A stretch of 64,000 bases of DNA from a virus. Shown in pieces: positions 21,648-31,148 of the stretch. Position 1 is the first letter of the stretch. The number at the start of each line of letters is the position of its first letter. Below the pieces are notes generated by a model. The model saw only the letters and a program-made list of their open reading frames with translations. It had not been told where the DNA came from and searched no databases. Made by a program: the position numbers and the translations under genes. The DNA is taken from positions 42,060-106,059 of IMG/VR virus record IMGVR_UViG_3300009499_000148; one strand, given 5' to 3'.

Positions 21648-22083
21648 GCTCTTGTTTCTTTTTCTGAAACTTTCCTGACTGTTTCTTTTCAGCCTTCTGC
21701 TCTTGTGGCTGTTGAACATCAACACTTTCTGTCGTATCAACGCTCAACCCAAGCACTTTTGACTGCTCTTGCTCAATCTTAGCATCAGCTGGTGTAGCAA
21801 CATGTTTTGGTTGTTCAACCTCATGCTTCACATCATTCTGCTCCACGCTGCTTACGACGACCTCTGTCTCTACGACTTGTTCGACAACAACATGTGTGTG
21901 CTTAACAGATGTAATGATGTCAGGAGTTGCTTCAGGCTTGGGTGCCTGAGCAACAACCTGAACGTTGGCGTCAATGACATGAACATCGTTTTGGATGAAT
22001 TCACCCTTGTGCGTTGTCGAATAAGACTTGGTGTGGTCCAACCCCTTCACTTCAATGTCATGTCGAATGTGTCTTCGTGCCAT
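21616..22083 (-). CDS. Hypothetical low-complexity protein
   Basis: ORF with ATAGTTA motif 6 nt upstream. Confidence 0.55.
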   Translation of the reverse strand: MARRHIRHDIEVKGLDHTKSYSTTHKGEFIQNDVHVIDANVQVVAQAPKPEATPDIITSVKHTHVVVEQVVETEVVVSSVEQNDVKHEVEQPKHVATPADAKIEQEQSKVLGLSVDTTESVDVQQPQEQKAEKKQSGKFQKKKQEPKTDVPQAGS

Positions 22084-22099
22084 ATGAACTAACTATACA

Positions 22100-22781
22100 T
22101 CACCAGAGCACTTCAAGCTCTCCTTTCATGACACGAGCTAAAGTTGCTTTCTTTCCTGTGATATGGTCATTCACAACATCATCTCGTTCTCTGTAAGTCC
22201 GACGCTTATCGCCGCGGGCTCCACAACCCACCATTTGTTTTCTATCAGAACTTAACTGTTGTGAAAATGATGTATCATGAATTTCTTTAAGACGTCTTTC
22301 AAGCTCATTCCATGCATTTGCTCTATTTTGTGCTTGTGAACGCTCGTTTTCAGATCTAACTTGTATTCCAGTCGGACGGTGTGTTAATCTACATGCAGTT
22401 GATGTTTTATTTCTGTTTTGGCCGCCCTTACCGCTTCCTCTCATAAAAGCTTCATCAACATCACTTGGATTAAGTTTAAATGTGCTTTTCGCACCGTCTT
22501 TAATAACAGCAACCGTGACAGTTGATGTTTGCACTCTATCTCTCTTTTCAGTCGGCGGAATTCTTTGCCATCTATGGCCGCCTGTTTCATTCTGAAATGA
22601 TGCATATGCACCATCGCCCTTCACTTTAAGAATGATTTGCCCATCATGCTCAAGTCTTTCAATGACGCTAAAGACGCCTCCGAGAACAAAACTTTTCATA
22701 CATCGCTGCCATATCCTGCGCTAATAATTTTGCATCTTGGCCGCCTTCTGCCGCCCTAATTTCAACCGCTATGATATCCAT
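22100..22781 (-). CDS. RF1-type peptide chain release factor lacking domain 1, expressed by +1 frameshift (join 22781..22671, 22669..22100; 226 aa)
   Basis: Frame 0 MDIIAVEIRAAEGGQDAKLLAQDMAAMYEKFCSRRRL* with RBS AGGGAG; +1 frame has GGHRWQRIPPTE (PxT), GSGKGGQNRNK, ERSQ..N, RTY. Confidence 0.9.
22667..22681 (-). promoter_or_regulatory. prfB-type +1 frameshift cassette with UAG: GGAGG CGT CTT TAG C
   Basis: Internal SD, 3-nt spacer, CTT slippery codon, stop, C; same geometry as prfB AGGGGG TAT CTT TGA C. Confidence 0.9.
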
Positions 22782-23056
22782 GTTATCTCCCTGTGTCAAT
22801 GGAACATGTCCCATTGACTCGTCGTATCACTCTAATGCATTGATTATCTGTAGATGATAATCACATAGTCATAAAAATCGATGACTTGGAGTGTGTCAGG
22901 TGAAACAGAAGCTAAAATACGGGTGGGTCTTCATCTGAAGATGAGAGCGCAATATTCTTTGCATTAACTTGCTTATCTTGTTCAAGTTCATCATACGCTT
23001 TCATCATTAATACAATTTAAGTATAAAGTACGGTAAATAACACTACTGAAAAAAAA

Positions 23057-23348
23057 TGGAGCTGCCGGCGTTTGCAAGCCGGGTCCAAAAGACTTAGAAG
23101 CGATGTTCATTCACAGGTTTGGTGGGCTAAGCCCACGTTCCGTTGAAACAGATATGTGTCATAGCATTAACCCAAGCTAGACGGGTCTTTGCTTCGTTTA
23201 TCGGGTGTGCAAAGAGACCCGATGAATCACGCCGCGAGGCGTAGTTCAGATTCGAAATCGTTGCCGATTATCAATGTTGTCTTCTTAAGGGAAAAGACGG
23301 CCCACCTGCACATCGTATCATCATCCTCTGTCGAAACTTATCAGCCCC
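23057..23348 (-). ncRNA. ssrA: tmRNA; tag (A)GNDFESELRLAA* at 23265..23227
   Basis: 5' GGGGCTGA..TTCGAC, 3' T-arm plus CAGCTCCA with G3:U70; ATAATC before the resume codon; LAA-TGA. Confidence 0.93.
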
Positions 23349-23354
23349 AAAGAA

Positions 23355-23564
23355 TTACTCTGTCGCGGCGGCCTTCTTGGCCTCTGACACCGTCAACTGC
23401 ACAAGGTCATGGGCCTCCTTCTTTAGGACTCGAAGGCCCTTGCGAGCTCTGACTCCGGCTGACGAATTACCCTTAGCGTTCTTCAGGACGTCATCCTCAA
23501 TCGAAGCCACAAGGACCTTGAGTCGTTCCCACTGTTCAACAATCACTGCATTAGGTTCCTTCAT
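23355..23564 (-). CDS. Histone H1-like (Hc1-type) small protein
   Basis: KGNSSAGVRARKGL; GGAGG RBS before the ATG at 23564. Confidence 0.75.
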   Translation of the reverse strand: MKEPNAVIVEQWERLKVLVASIEDDVLKNAKGNSSAGVRARKGLRVLKKEAHDLVQLTVSEAKKAAATE

Positions 23565-23730
23565 TTTTGCCTCCTGCGTTCTTCTGACGCTTTTCACTAT
23601 ACACCCATGAGCGTGGGTTGTAATGTCTCGTTTTTTAAGCTCATCTTTTGTTTCATCACTGCGTCTCCATGACGGCCATCTCGACACACATTTAGTTGCA
23701 GATGAAAGAACGCTTAAAAACAACTTTTGT

Positions 23731-24699
23731 TCATTTTTTTGTCTCATATTTCAACTTGTTCATGCTTTCTTTTAGTTCATCACTGATTTTATTAAAGCTT
23801 TCTTTTGAAAAATCAGTGATTCTCATCAATGAAAAACCCAACTTCTGTGCTAGCTCTGTTTTAAGCTTATCATTCAAAGCGATGCCCATTACTTTTGAGA
23901 TATGCTTAGCACTAAATTTTTTATCAATGCAATGCTGAACATCATGCCAACACTTACCGTCGATTTCAATCAACAAATTAAGTTGTGGAATATAGAAATC
24001 GTATAATTTCCATGCTTTACGTCCTGATTGTTTTGTGTATGCAATCCTATACTGTGCTACGTAATTTATACGTTCATTTAATAATTGTTGTTCAAACATA
24101 AATTCTGGAAACGATTTAGCTTTCTTTCGATATAGAGAAAGCTCTGATTCTGACATGATTTTATTGTCTAAAATCTGCTTAATGACCTTTTCTTTACTTA
24201 AAGAAACGATTGATACTATCGTGGGAATTGATGCTTTTTTTGTTAAAAGTTCGTTTATTTTTAAGACAGTAAGTCTGTCTACTTTAATGAAACGTCCGTT
24301 GTTCGGGCCTGCCGTATTACCGAAGTTATTTTCTGGCTTATACGATTTGTTCTTTGCACGTGTTATAAGCATGTTTTTTATGCTTGTTGGATTGAGCATT
24401 GGGCTTTTCCAATCTGGATTGTTGGCCCTCCATGTCTCAACTTGACGTTTTTTTCTATCATTTTGGTTAACAAGCAACGAACAAATTTTTCCTCTTGTTT
24501 CTTTTAACACGTGCTCATCAACACAGTTTTTGAGTATTCGACGTATGATACCTCGATTCGTATTATAGCGTTTCGCAATATCATCCATTTTCATTAGATG
24601 ATTAACGTATAAATCAACGATAACACATACATCATCATCTGTTAATGTAGATGTAGTCTTACGAAAAAAACGTTTACTGAATATTTCTGTTAGCTTCAT
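23731..24699 (-). mobile_element. Homing endonuclease (HTH + DUF559/Vsr-like)
   Basis: SFPE, YDFYI..LIEIDGKCWH, ND..K..A...GF; AT-rich. Confidence 0.8.
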
Positions 24700-26339
24700 G
24701 CTTTCTTTAGTGCTTTTTTGAATGACTCTGGAAACATATTTTCATGCTGTTGATAGAACTTTTCCCAATTGCTATCCAAAATGTATGTGATTGCGTGGTC
24801 TGTTTCATTTCTAATGCTTCTACCAACAGACTGTATGATTGTTTTTGCAGTCTGATACGGATACCACAGTCTATTTTTTGTCATACGCTTTTTTGTGAGA
24901 GGGTCCCCGAGGTATGGAAACGGTATCTTACACAGGATTTGGAATCGGCTCAGCTCATCCTTGAGGTCAATTCCCTCTGACAGGGATGGTGATAGAAGAA
25001 TCGTCGGTTTCGATGACGCCGCGTGTTTCGCAATCATTTCTTCACGATTGAAGCTATCATGCATCAGCAAACGGCTGCTTTTCACGTTTCTCTTGATGTA
25101 GCTTGCGATTTTATACGACTGACAGTGGATGATTCCCTTGTCTCCCTTGTGTTGCTCCATGATTAGCTTCACCATTTCTGCAAGCTTCGGGAGTGTCTGG
25201 TCAATCGTCGACTGTGCCATTGCACCTACTGGCGCGTAGTAAATCGGTCTATTCTCAATCGGAAACGGTGAGTCTATCGACAAAAAATCGACCTCATCTT
25301 GTCTGAGGCCGAGCGTGGCACAGAACACGTCCTTATCAACGATTGTCGCTGACATCATCAGTACGCGTCTGCCGTACGATAACAGTAGGTCATTCGTGTA
25401 TGGGCTGACATCGACTGGTTTGAACTCAAGCTTCTTGAGACCCTTCTCTTCGCTTTCAACGATGCTCATCACCCAATTGTCATCAGACCACATCTCCATG
25501 AACCGATGCATCTTACAGATGTGCTTATCAAGTAGCTCAATCTTAGATGATATCATCTCAAAGTCCTTGAGCTTATCCTTCATATTCAACTTCAAAATCA
25601 TCAACTGTGCCTGCTCTAGATGAGCAACTGCTGCTGGGATGTAGGTCGTCCTCAGCCACTCAATCATCTTCGTCGGATTCGATGTTGATGGCCATTTCAG
25701 CTTAAGCGTATCCTTCGCGAATTTCTCTGAGACAGACGTTTCAACGAACTTGCTCAGCTCTGATTCAAGGTTATGGCATTCATCTAGCACAAGTAGCTCT
25801 CGTGGCTTAAGCTTTCCTCCGTATTTCGTCTCAGCCATGAAGTATGAATAGTTTGTCGTCCCTTCCTCTGAATCAATAAACAACTTCTTCTGACGCTTGT
25901 AGCAACAGTCTGTCGTGCATTTGCGCCAAAATGCGCTTCCCTGCGTCTCGTTCTTCACAAGTCGTTGGCTTTCACCACATGTGTTTCCAGTGTAAAATTC
26001 ACATTTGTAGTTGCTCGCCGACTTGATTGACTGAAGCTCACCATTCGGTGGCCCAAAATCATGTACGTACTGTTCTTGTAAGACTTTTTGTGTCGTTAAG
26101 ACGTAGGTACCGGGCACGTAATCATCATTTGGAATGCGAATTGAGTTCAAATATCTACCGACAGTTAAGCCAATGGCAGACTTTCCTGTTCCTGTCCCGA
26201 GCTCTGCTATTACATAACGTTTGTTGCTTTTAAGAAATGATGAAAGAATAAAGTTGATTGCTTTTTCTTGTGTATCTCTGGTAATTGAAAAAGGAAAAAA
26301 ACGCTTCCATTGATAATCTGTATTCATTTTATTATTCAT
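24696..26339 (-). CDS. DinG/XPD-like SF2 helicase
   Basis: GTGTGKS, DECH, SAT, EGID, QSVGRSIR; Cys cluster. Confidence 0.9.
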   Translation of the reverse strand: MNNKMNTDYQWKRFFPFSITRDTQEKAINFILSSFLKSNKRYVIAELGTGTGKSAIGLTVGRYLNSIRIPNDDYVPGTYVLTTQKVLQEQYVHDFGPPNGELQSIKSASNYKCEFYTGNTCGESQRLVKNETQGSAFWRKCTTDCCYKRQKKLFIDSEEGTTNYSYFMAETKYGGKLKPRELLVLDECHNLESELSKFVETSVSEKFAKDTLKLKWPSTSNPTKMIEWLRTTYIPAAVAHLEQAQLMILKLNMKDKLKDFEMISSKIELLDKHICKMHRFMEMWSDDNWVMSIVESEEKGLKKLEFKPVDVSPYTNDLLLSYGRRVLMMSATIVDKDVFCATLGLRQDEVDFLSIDSPFPIENRPIYYAPVGAMAQSTIDQTLPKLAEMVKLIMEQHKGDKGIIHCQSYKIASYIKRNVKSSRLLMHDSFNREEMIAKHAASSKPTILLSPSLSEGIDLKDELSRFQILCKIPFPYLGDPLTKKRMTKNRLWYPYQTAKTIIQSVGRSIRNETDHAITYILDSNWEKFYQQHENMFPESFKKALKKA

Positions 26340-27172
26340 TTTTTAGTAAAAGACTTTAAAGAACTTTGTATAAACACAACATCTGCATCTAGCAATGCAT
26401 CTTCAAAAGACACTTTTTTGAAATCTAGCTCTGTTAAAACAGAAAATGTTATGTCTTTTGATTCAAAGAACTTTTTAGCTGCTTTCCATTTTTCGCAATC
26501 TGGAGATTGATTTTTCTTTACAACCCATGACTGTTTAATTTCATATACTGATTTAGTTTTTTCTATGTAGAAGTCTATTGTGTATGTTCTTTTTACGCCG
26601 TTCAATTCATAATTGACTTTAAAACATTCTTGCTTTATATCATTCAATGAAAAGCCATTATTCTCTAGGTGTTTTATAAATGAATACTCTAACAAGCTTC
26701 TAAAAAAACGACCCTTATAATAACCTTTGACAGAGCGACCACCCTTTTGATAAACTTTACCAAAAGCAGGATTCTTTTCACCTTTTGTGTTATTTGAAAA
26801 TTTTAATCTAATTTCTCTAGCTTTATCAATTCCGTGGATTTCTTCTAAAGTTTTTCCACGAAGCGACTTATTGTAATTAACTCGAACAGCTCTAGCAACT
26901 TCTTTTTGATGAGTCATATCAGCTGCTAAGATTGCTTTACTTAAAGTTTGTTTATATTCAGACATTTTTACGTCTGCATATTCTTTACCATGTTTTTCTA
27001 AAACATATTCATACCATGGTTTATGCGGGTTGAAACCAATTTTTCTAATACCTTTTGCATGTTGCCATGCATTAGAACATGATTTATTACAAAATCTTCT
27101 TTTATCACAACGCCGAAGACGTCGTTCTTTACCACAAAACTCACAATTAATTATTTTCCAAAATTTACTCAT
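26336..27172 (-). mobile_element. TnsA-like PD-(D/E)xK homing endonuclease
   Basis: FRSLLE, YTIDF, YEIK, KWKAA, LTE; N-terminal CxxC; AT-rich. Confidence 0.75.
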
Positions 27173-27216
27173 GTTATTAAATATGAGTAAGGAACTGATT
27201 GTGGTTCTTATGTTCT

Positions 27217-27825
27217 TTAAATTATTGAGTCAATCGCACCGAGCTTCTTTGCCTCTTCGGCAGAGATGTACCTATCACGCGTCGGTCCGTCGCGGTCATA
27301 TAACTTTCTAACATTCTCAAGCGTTAGGCCAGTCTCAGCAGCAAAACATGAATCATATTTGTCTTCCTGCTGTTCAAATGCCTGAAGTGATGCGCGCATC
27401 TCAAAGATGTTTCCGTGGATGTGGTCCCATCCACAGTGGTACATCATCTGTGCATTTTTCCCCATCTTTCTTTCACCCTTCTTTCCAGCAGCAAGAAGAA
27501 GACAACCGGCAGACATTATCTTGCCAAGCCCGACAGTGTGAATTGGTGTTGAGACGTATTTCATCAAATCATACAGCATGAATGTGTCATACACGTCGCC
27601 ACCGTATGTATTAATAATCATTGTGATTGGAGACTTTGCATCACGTTCTGATAGAGCAATCAACTTCTCTGTCGTTGAACGTATCATCTCTTCATCGATA
27701 TCACCGACGAGGTAAATCGTTCTACTATCCTCACCACCCTCTACAACTTGTTCAGCATCGAATTGCTCAAACTCACGCTTTCGTTGCCTCGTCTGTTGCT
27801 TTCTGTTCTTCATAGTAAGTTTCAA
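27217..27825 (-). CDS. clpP: ClpP-like protease subunit
   Basis: INTYGG, IMSAG (Ser), MYH (His), RDRYISAEEAKKLG. Confidence 0.9.
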   Translation of the reverse strand: MKLTMKNRKQQTRQRKREFEQFDAEQVVEGGEDSRTIYLVGDIDEEMIRSTTEKLIALSERDAKSPITMIINTYGGDVYDTFMLYDLMKYVSTPIHTVGLGKIMSAGCLLLAAGKKGERKMGKNAQMMYHCGWDHIHGNIFEMRASLQAFEQQEDKYDSCFAAETGLTLENVRKLYDRDGPTRDRYISAEEAKKLGAIDSII

Positions 27826-28061
27826 ACCTCAGTGATAAGAGTGCTTCGTTGTTGGCCAGACTCTAGACGCTCAATCAATGACGTGATGTCTTGAAGATAA
27901 TCTCGATTCTCAAGCTCTAATGCTAACAAAAAGATGATTTTAAGCTTTTCCTTTTCAGAGACGCCGAAATCAATCAGTGTTCTAACGATTTGCCTGCATT
28001 TAACATTATGCTCTGCGCTATCTTCTTCTGTCGTTGTGCCGTAATGTTTTACATCAGACAT
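27822..28061 (-). CDS. Hypothetical protein
   Basis: ORF with TGnTATGAT 6 nt upstream. Confidence 0.6.
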   Translation of the reverse strand: MSDVKHYGTTTEEDSAEHNVKCRQIVRTLIDFGVSEKEKLKIIFLLALELENRDYLQDITSLIERLESGQQRSTLITEV

Positions 28062-28094
28062 GTAGCAATCATATCATCCATCGATGACATTGTT

Positions 28095-28568
28095 TCAATG
28101 TTGTGGAAAGACAAATGAGTTGCTAAACGGCTCTATACGGATGCTGTTTGGGCCATCAACACGTAGGCATTTTCCACTAACAACGCCAGACACATCCTCA
28201 GATGAAAGGATGATTGTAGTGTCCCATGCTTTATTTGCGATGACCCATGCGACACACTCCCAGATTGATACATCTGCACTGTATGATTCTAAAACAGAGA
28301 TGATGTTTGAGGGTAGTGATACCTTTATATCATTTATTGAAATGATTGATGCATTGTTTTCAAGGCCGCTCAGAATCTCTGAATGACCGATGTCAATGAC
28401 ACGATGTACAACACCACAGTTATTGCATTGCGCAAACTTTGAAATGACATTGTCATTTTCATCAATCTCAGAAAACACAATGAACCGATGATAGACGATG
28501 TCTTTTCTATCACGAAACTGAGGAAGTGTGCAATGACACTCTACAAGATGTCGTATGCATGACTTCAC
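28095..28568 (-). CDS. Hypothetical Zn-binding protein
   Basis: CHC..H..CNNC. Confidence 0.6.
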   Translation of the reverse strand: MKSCIRHLVECHCTLPQFRDRKDIVYHRFIVFSEIDENDNVISKFAQCNNCGVVHRVIDIGHSEILSGLENNASIISINDIKVSLPSNIISVLESYSADVSIWECVAWVIANKAWDTTIILSSEDVSGVVSGKCLRVDGPNSIRIEPFSNSFVFPQH

Positions 28569-28852
28569 TTCTTTTCAGTGATTCGACCTTCTTTGATTGC
28601 AACGCGTAATGTTTCACTGACCTGCTTTGAGCTTTGGATGAATGCATCATCGATTGACTTACTGATGATGAAATCGAGGCCCGATAGCTTACTTTCATCA
28701 ATCGAAATCTGTTTATTTCTGATTGCATTCGTTAGATTCTTTGAAACAAGCGCTTTCGCATGTTTAAACATCAGTTGCACGGCTACATTAACATCTCGTT
28801 CAATGCTCATGCTATATCTTAAACGTTTGAGCACTCCTGTATAATAAGACAT
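28565..28852 (-). CDS. Hypothetical protein
   Basis: ORF overlaps the next gene. Confidence 0.5.
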   Translation of the reverse strand: MSYYTGVLKRLRYSMSIERDVNVAVQLMFKHAKALVSKNLTNAIRNKQISIDESKLSGLDFIISKSIDDAFIQSSKQVSETLRVAIKEGRITEKK

Positions 28853-28892
28853 GCAACGATGTTGCTACTTATCACAATCCGGGGACAGAGCA

Positions 28893-29798
28893 ATGAAAAC
28901 ACTCAAAGAAACGCATCAAAAAAAGCTAGCAATCCTGACAGAGCAGTTGAACAATAATCCAGATATCCTTCGAGAGGCAATCGACCAAAAGCAAATCGAT
29001 GATATACAACGCGCTGTTGAAAAATTGACTAGGCTGTTTTCTGCTCCTGAGTTTGAAGAGCTACAATCAATGAGAGCAGGACTCTCAAGGGCTTATGAGA
29101 ATCTGACTGACCTGTTGGCTGCTAACAGAATGACACGTTGGATGAAGCTCGGCAAGGAGCTCAAAGATGTTGGAACATTCACGACGGGTGTGATGGCATT
29201 TTTGCGACAGCTCCCACAGATAGCAATGATGATAACGAACTCTGTGAATGCTGGTGGAAACGTGAATAGAGATGAACCGATTGCACATATTTTAAGTGGA
29301 GACCAGGGCACACTCGGTAAGCTGTCATCAATCATTGTTAAGTCTCTTAGGCCAGCATCATTCTTTGGACAAAAACAGCTTCCATACGTTGATATGGAGC
29401 AGATTGCATTTGAAGTACTCGGACTGTCACTAAATCAGATTGATAAATTGAAGGAGCTTTCAACGCAATCACGTGTTGTTAAGAAAACACTCAATCCAGA
29501 GCTATTCAAATCGATTGATGATGCACTAAAGAGTCTAGGTCAGCCCTCCAAACCCGATGAAGCGAGTGAGCAGGGTCAAGAAAGCACAGTAACAAAACAA
29601 AAGCTACCCACGGTCGCTGTTGTCAAGCAAGACTTTCCTGTCATGTTTAGAGCGGCGGTCGCGAGCGCCTTTCCTGAGAGGGAGAAGGATGACTATGGTC
29701 ATGTCAAGATAGGAACACGTGAAGCTGTCGCAAGGGACCTCTTCATAAAGAACATCATTGAGTGGTTAAAAGAGCACGGTCTTATCGAGACAAAGTGA
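28893..29798 (+). CDS. Hypothetical helical protein
   Basis: Long counter-oriented ORF; TACTTA motif upstream. Confidence 0.65.
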   Translation: MKTLKETHQKKLAILTEQLNNNPDILREAIDQKQIDDIQRAVEKLTRLFSAPEFEELQSMRAGLSRAYENLTDLLAANRMTRWMKLGKELKDVGTFTTGVMAFLRQLPQIAMMITNSVNAGGNVNRDEPIAHILSGDQGTLGKLSSIIVKSLRPASFFGQKQLPYVDMEQIAFEVLGLSLNQIDKLKELSTQSRVVKKTLNPELFKSIDDALKSLGQPSKPDEASEQGQESTVTKQKLPTVAVVKQDFPVMFRAAVASAFPEREKDDYGHVKIGTREAVARDLFIKNIIEWLKEHGLIETK

Positions 29799-31064
29799 TG
29801 CTCCATCAAATGATTTCATGATGCTCGTTGCGTAATGAATTGCAGAACCGATGATTATTGCAGATGATTCATCCTCTAGAATGCCATCAAGCAATGAGAT
29901 GTCGTAACCGCTTATCTTTTGACGTTGAACGACCCCGTATTTAAGCATCGAACGAATCACCTTCAGCCCGATGTCTAGGTCATGCATCATCTTACTACCC
30001 AACGACCCAGCATCAGACACACGTATCACGACTGACGCACCCGTCAATGACCTGACGCGTTTGTCAAGTATCATTCGTAGCGCAGGAATCTGTTCATCGA
30101 TGCGTCGTTGAATGAGATTTTGTAGATGTGGTTTAATACCGTTTGTGCTTGAGCTTGAAATGATTGTTGTTGAGCCAGTGCATGTCACATTTTGGACCGT
30201 TGGAAGCTCATCATACTTGATTTGTGATATGACGTCACCCTTTAGCGATGATACAACATCACAGCCCGCAACCATCGCAACATCAATGAGCACATTTGCT
30301 GTCTCAAGCCCAAACTCAACGACGACTGGGACGACGTTCAGTGTTTTACGTGCATAATTGACGTTGAGCGTTGATATGACATCACGGCTGAACCCCCTAG
30401 CCATGATGACCATCGGTCTCTTAAGCTCATGACTACGTTGCAACATGTGGTCAATCTCTGACACATTCTCAATCGTGCCGTCAATCAGCGCTAGCTTAAC
30501 ATCAGATGCGAACCATCGTCCGTTTTTAAGAAATGATGCATTTGCACCGATGTTGAACATATGACCCATCAATAGTTCAACCGTGTTCGTCCCTGTCGTT
30601 GATGGTTCTATGAATATCTTACAATCACTTCCTGCCAACGCTATTGCCTCTTCAAGCATTCCAGCAACATTTGGCACGGTGCTTCTTAAGCGTTCTTTAA
30701 GAGCGACAGATGTCGTTGAACATGAAAATTCATCAATCATATGAAGCAATTCATCATATGATTTTATGATGCTAGCAGTCGAAAGCTCTGACGTGATGCT
30801 GTTCTTTAATAGCCTAATGAGATGCTTGCTTGATGTAGGAGCGACAATCTCACTTTTTTTACATGCATCAATGATGATTGAGCGAATGATGCTCTGTGAT
30901 TCAGGAGCACGACTTAGCACGCTCAACACAGCGTATGCATCATTCATAACGTCTATCGAGCCATCTGGCATTCGCATGACAGTGAGGCCACCGTGTGTCA
31001 TCGCTTCAAGCTCATTAACGACGATTGATAACGCTGATTTAATCTGTTCCTTGTCAGACAGCAT
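29766..31064 (-). CDS. Divergent GroEL/Cpn60-like chaperonin
   Basis: Apical-domain match IDGTIENVSEI..RPMVIMARGFS.DV..TL.VN; RVRSL.G. Confidence 0.75.
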   Translation of the reverse strand: MLSDKEQIKSALSIVVNELEAMTHGGLTVMRMPDGSIDVMNDAYAVLSVLSRAPESQSIIRSIIIDACKKSEIVAPTSSKHLIRLLKNSITSELSTASIIKSYDELLHMIDEFSCSTTSVALKERLRSTVPNVAGMLEEAIALAGSDCKIFIEPSTTGTNTVELLMGHMFNIGANASFLKNGRWFASDVKLALIDGTIENVSEIDHMLQRSHELKRPMVIMARGFSRDVISTLNVNYARKTLNVVPVVVEFGLETANVLIDVAMVAGCDVVSSLKGDVISQIKYDELPTVQNVTCTGSTTIISSSSTNGIKPHLQNLIQRRIDEQIPALRMILDKRVRSLTGASVVIRVSDAGSLGSKMMHDLDIGLKVIRSMLKYGVVQRQKISGYDISLLDGILEDESSAIIIGSAIHYATSIMKSFDGASLCLDKTVLF

Positions 31065-31076
31065 GATAAATCATAA

Positions 31077-31148
31077 CGCGCCCAATGGGATTTGAACCCA
31101 TGACGTAGCAATTTAGAATTGCGTGTTCTACCGCTGAACTATAGGCGC
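31077..31148 (-). tRNA. Amber suppressor tRNA (anticodon CTA)
   Basis: GCGCCTA/TGGGCGC acceptor, GTTC/GAAC D-stem, GCAA-TT CTA AA-TTGC, ATGGG TTCAAAT CCCAT T-arm. Confidence 0.85.

Noticed and set aside
22100-22699. ORF-track start MKSFVLGG for the release factor
   Set aside because: No RBS and it omits the conserved EIRA..GG segment, which is in frame 0 from 22781.
22912-23007. 31-codon ORF ending TTT TAG C upstream of the RF gene as a second frameshift site
   Set aside because: No internal SD and the +1 frame closes after five codons.
2760-27172. Group I introns or inteins hosting the endonucleases
   Set aside because: Flanking genes are complete and distinct on each side; no split gene or intein termini seen.
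26336-27172. Tn7-like transposon from the TnsA-like domain
   Set aside because: No tnsB/tnsC or terminal repeats nearby; fits a free-standing homing endonuclease.
31077-31148. Reading this tRNA as Arg(TCT)
   Set aside because: A TCT-centred loop destroys the anticodon stem; the symmetric stem centres CTA.
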